A stretch of DNA of 63,793 nt, counting the filler, from Octopus bimaculoides (taxonomy: Eukaryota), in assembly GCF_001194135.2 (NCBI RefSeq). It is 7 parts of 6 records of this genome, joined end to end, with 100 filler letters (N's around TTAATTAATTAA, not from the genome) between each part and the next. Parts side by side here need not be neighbours in the genome. Positions count along the whole stretch, not along the records: positions 62,261 to 63,793 come from NW_026432925.1; 6 more parts are not named here. One strand, 5' to 3'. Below, in pieces: positions 62,292-63,793 of the stretch. Position numbers and translations under genes: made by a program. The notes beneath the pieces were generated by a model, which saw nothing but the letters and a program-made list of their open reading frames with translations, was not told the origin of the DNA and made no database searches. Position 1 is the first letter of the stretch. Each line of letters opens with the position of its first letter.

Positions 62292-63793
62292 CAGTATAGC
62301 CCGGCGTTGCCCGGGATTAAGTTAAGATTATTAAGTTAATCAAGTGCTTTGTTTCAAACCAAACTAAGTTACACCGACGTCAAATTTGAGTGATATCCAT
62401 TGAAATTGGTAAACGTTTGGCTGAAAATGGGTTGCAGACAATTTGATTGGGAAATCCCATAAAGAGTCGGTTTATCGATTTTTCCACTCATCGATTGTTT
62501 TTTTTTTTGTTTTTTGTTTTTTTGGGGAGAACTTCAAGCCTTCAAAAATCCCATGAGTCCTAAGTAACGCCGGCATTAAGTTTGAACAAAATACGTCAAA
62601 ATTGGTAAAAGTTATGGTTGAAAATAGGGTGTAGCCAATTTTAGTGACAAATCTTATAAGTAATTGGCTTATTCGCTTTTTCATCCTGATTGAATGGAAA
62701 ACCCCATAAGGAATCAGTTTATTGATTTTTCACCCCAAATAGGACTTAACCGAACACAACATAGGTGATGGAAAAAATCTATATTTATACTTTAAAGTTG
62801 GTTTTCACACCCAACCCAGTTCTGCAGAATCAATGTCATGACGGGTACGCATGGGTTGGGAATTTGACCGGCAGAGGTGATCATCTAAACCCCCTCCCCT
62901 GGTCCATGGGTTGGGAATCCTTCTGGCAATGAAAATAGAACGCCCACAAGGGCTCCCAATCCTCTGTGTCAGAAGATCTGCATTGGAAAAGGTTGCATCG
63001 AAGGTTTGCACTGGAGATCTGCAGTGAAGAAGGTTGTCTCAAAGATTTAGATTGGATAAGGTTGCATGAGAGGTCTGCATTGGAGAAGGTTGATTCGAAG
63101 GTTTGCATTGTGGATCCGGATTGGAGTAACTTAGGAAAACTTACCAACAGCCTTAACAAAAAAATAAGGGGCCTGAGCAATTTGGCCAAGCGCTGATATT
63201 GGCCGAGTGAGCATTGTTGTTGGAGAAGTCAGCATTATCCAGTAAAGAAGAGGAAGAGTCCATGAATCATGTTTGCCGTGGTTTGAGAATATGTCCCACC
63301 AATGCTTCGGATCACTTGTTTATAACCACATAGGCTGCAATGATGACTTGTTCTTCTTTCTATGTCTATAAAACTTCGCTATAGACAACATTGCGTGTTC
63401 TGCCCTGAGGAGCATAAACAAAAAGAGCGTTTCTACTCCCCACACGGGAGCAGGCCACATAAAGTTGCCCATGGGAAAAGCACGGCTCCCCCAAATGGAT
63501 GCCCGCCACCGATAGTGTTTGGCCTTGGGATTTGTTGATGGACATGGCGAAGCATGGCCTTACCGGGAACTCTTTATTCCATTTGAGTAGTTGTTTTGAG
63601 CGAAAACGTGCCGTTTGAGGTGTTCCACTCGCTGGTTGGTAGGTTTTTATGAGCGGGAGATTAAAGCCGTGATTTATTTCTGGTCTCATTATGTCATCGA
63701 AGATTTTATGGCAGGAGATAAGTTTCAGCGAGGGCTATCCTTTGTTTTGAGTCACAGAGTTGTCAATAATCTATCAGCTGTTAAGGTACAGCG
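62288..63793 (-). mobile_element. Helitron 3' portion (5' extent unknown)
   Basis: The minus strand ends CCCGG-GCAACG-CCGGG (62315-62300), an 8-nt spacer, CTAG (62291-62288), then T. A helicase remnant lies upstream. Confidence 0.88.
63366..63572 (-). pseudogene. C-terminal remnant of a Helitron Rep/Hel PIF1-family helicase
   Basis: EFPVRPCFAMSINKSQGQTLSVAGIHLGEPCFSHGQLYVACSRVG...TRNVVYSEVL* contains helicase motifs V and VI. Sequence upstream of EFPVR does not continue the helicase. Confidence 0.92.

Noticed and set aside
63366-63689. Host PIF1 helicase gene
   Set aside because: Only the last ~68 aa are helicase-like, and a canonical Helitron hairpin plus CTAG lies downstream.

Overview
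This is eukaryotic, AT-rich, extremely repeat-dense DNA with many N gaps. The SINE families and microsatellite load resemble an Octopus (coleoid cephalopod) genome; this is an inference, not checked. No intact host gene can be supported. Almost every ORF in the supplied track is a microsatellite translation, an N-run, or a transposon relic. Retroelements seen: three tRNA-headed SINE families (labelled A, B and R here), plus relics of RTE, Jockey/CR1-type and R4/Dong-type non-LTR elements. DNA transposons seen: two distinct Merlin (IS1595/ISXO2-like) transposase relics, a hAT relic, a Helitron 3' end with a PIF1-helicase remnant, and several MITEs. The most notable observations are: (1) two minimal type-I hammerhead ribozyme motifs of the Penelope-like kind, at 10800-10845 (+, intact core, with an antisense copy 33 nt upstream) and 31131-31176 (-, partly decayed); (2) an 88-bp element with perfect 28-bp TIRs and a perfect 8-bp TSD next to the Merlin relics; (3) a ~2.5-kb imperfect palindrome carrying 158-bp tandem units; (4) several near-perfect hairpins and inverted SINE pairs that could form dsRNA; (5) two weak candidate host exons. 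The six N44-TTAATTAATTAA-N44 blocks are assembly linkers. All protein and family assignments are by eye from recognisable motifs; no database searches were run. Boundaries are approximate unless TSD or TIR coordinates are given.
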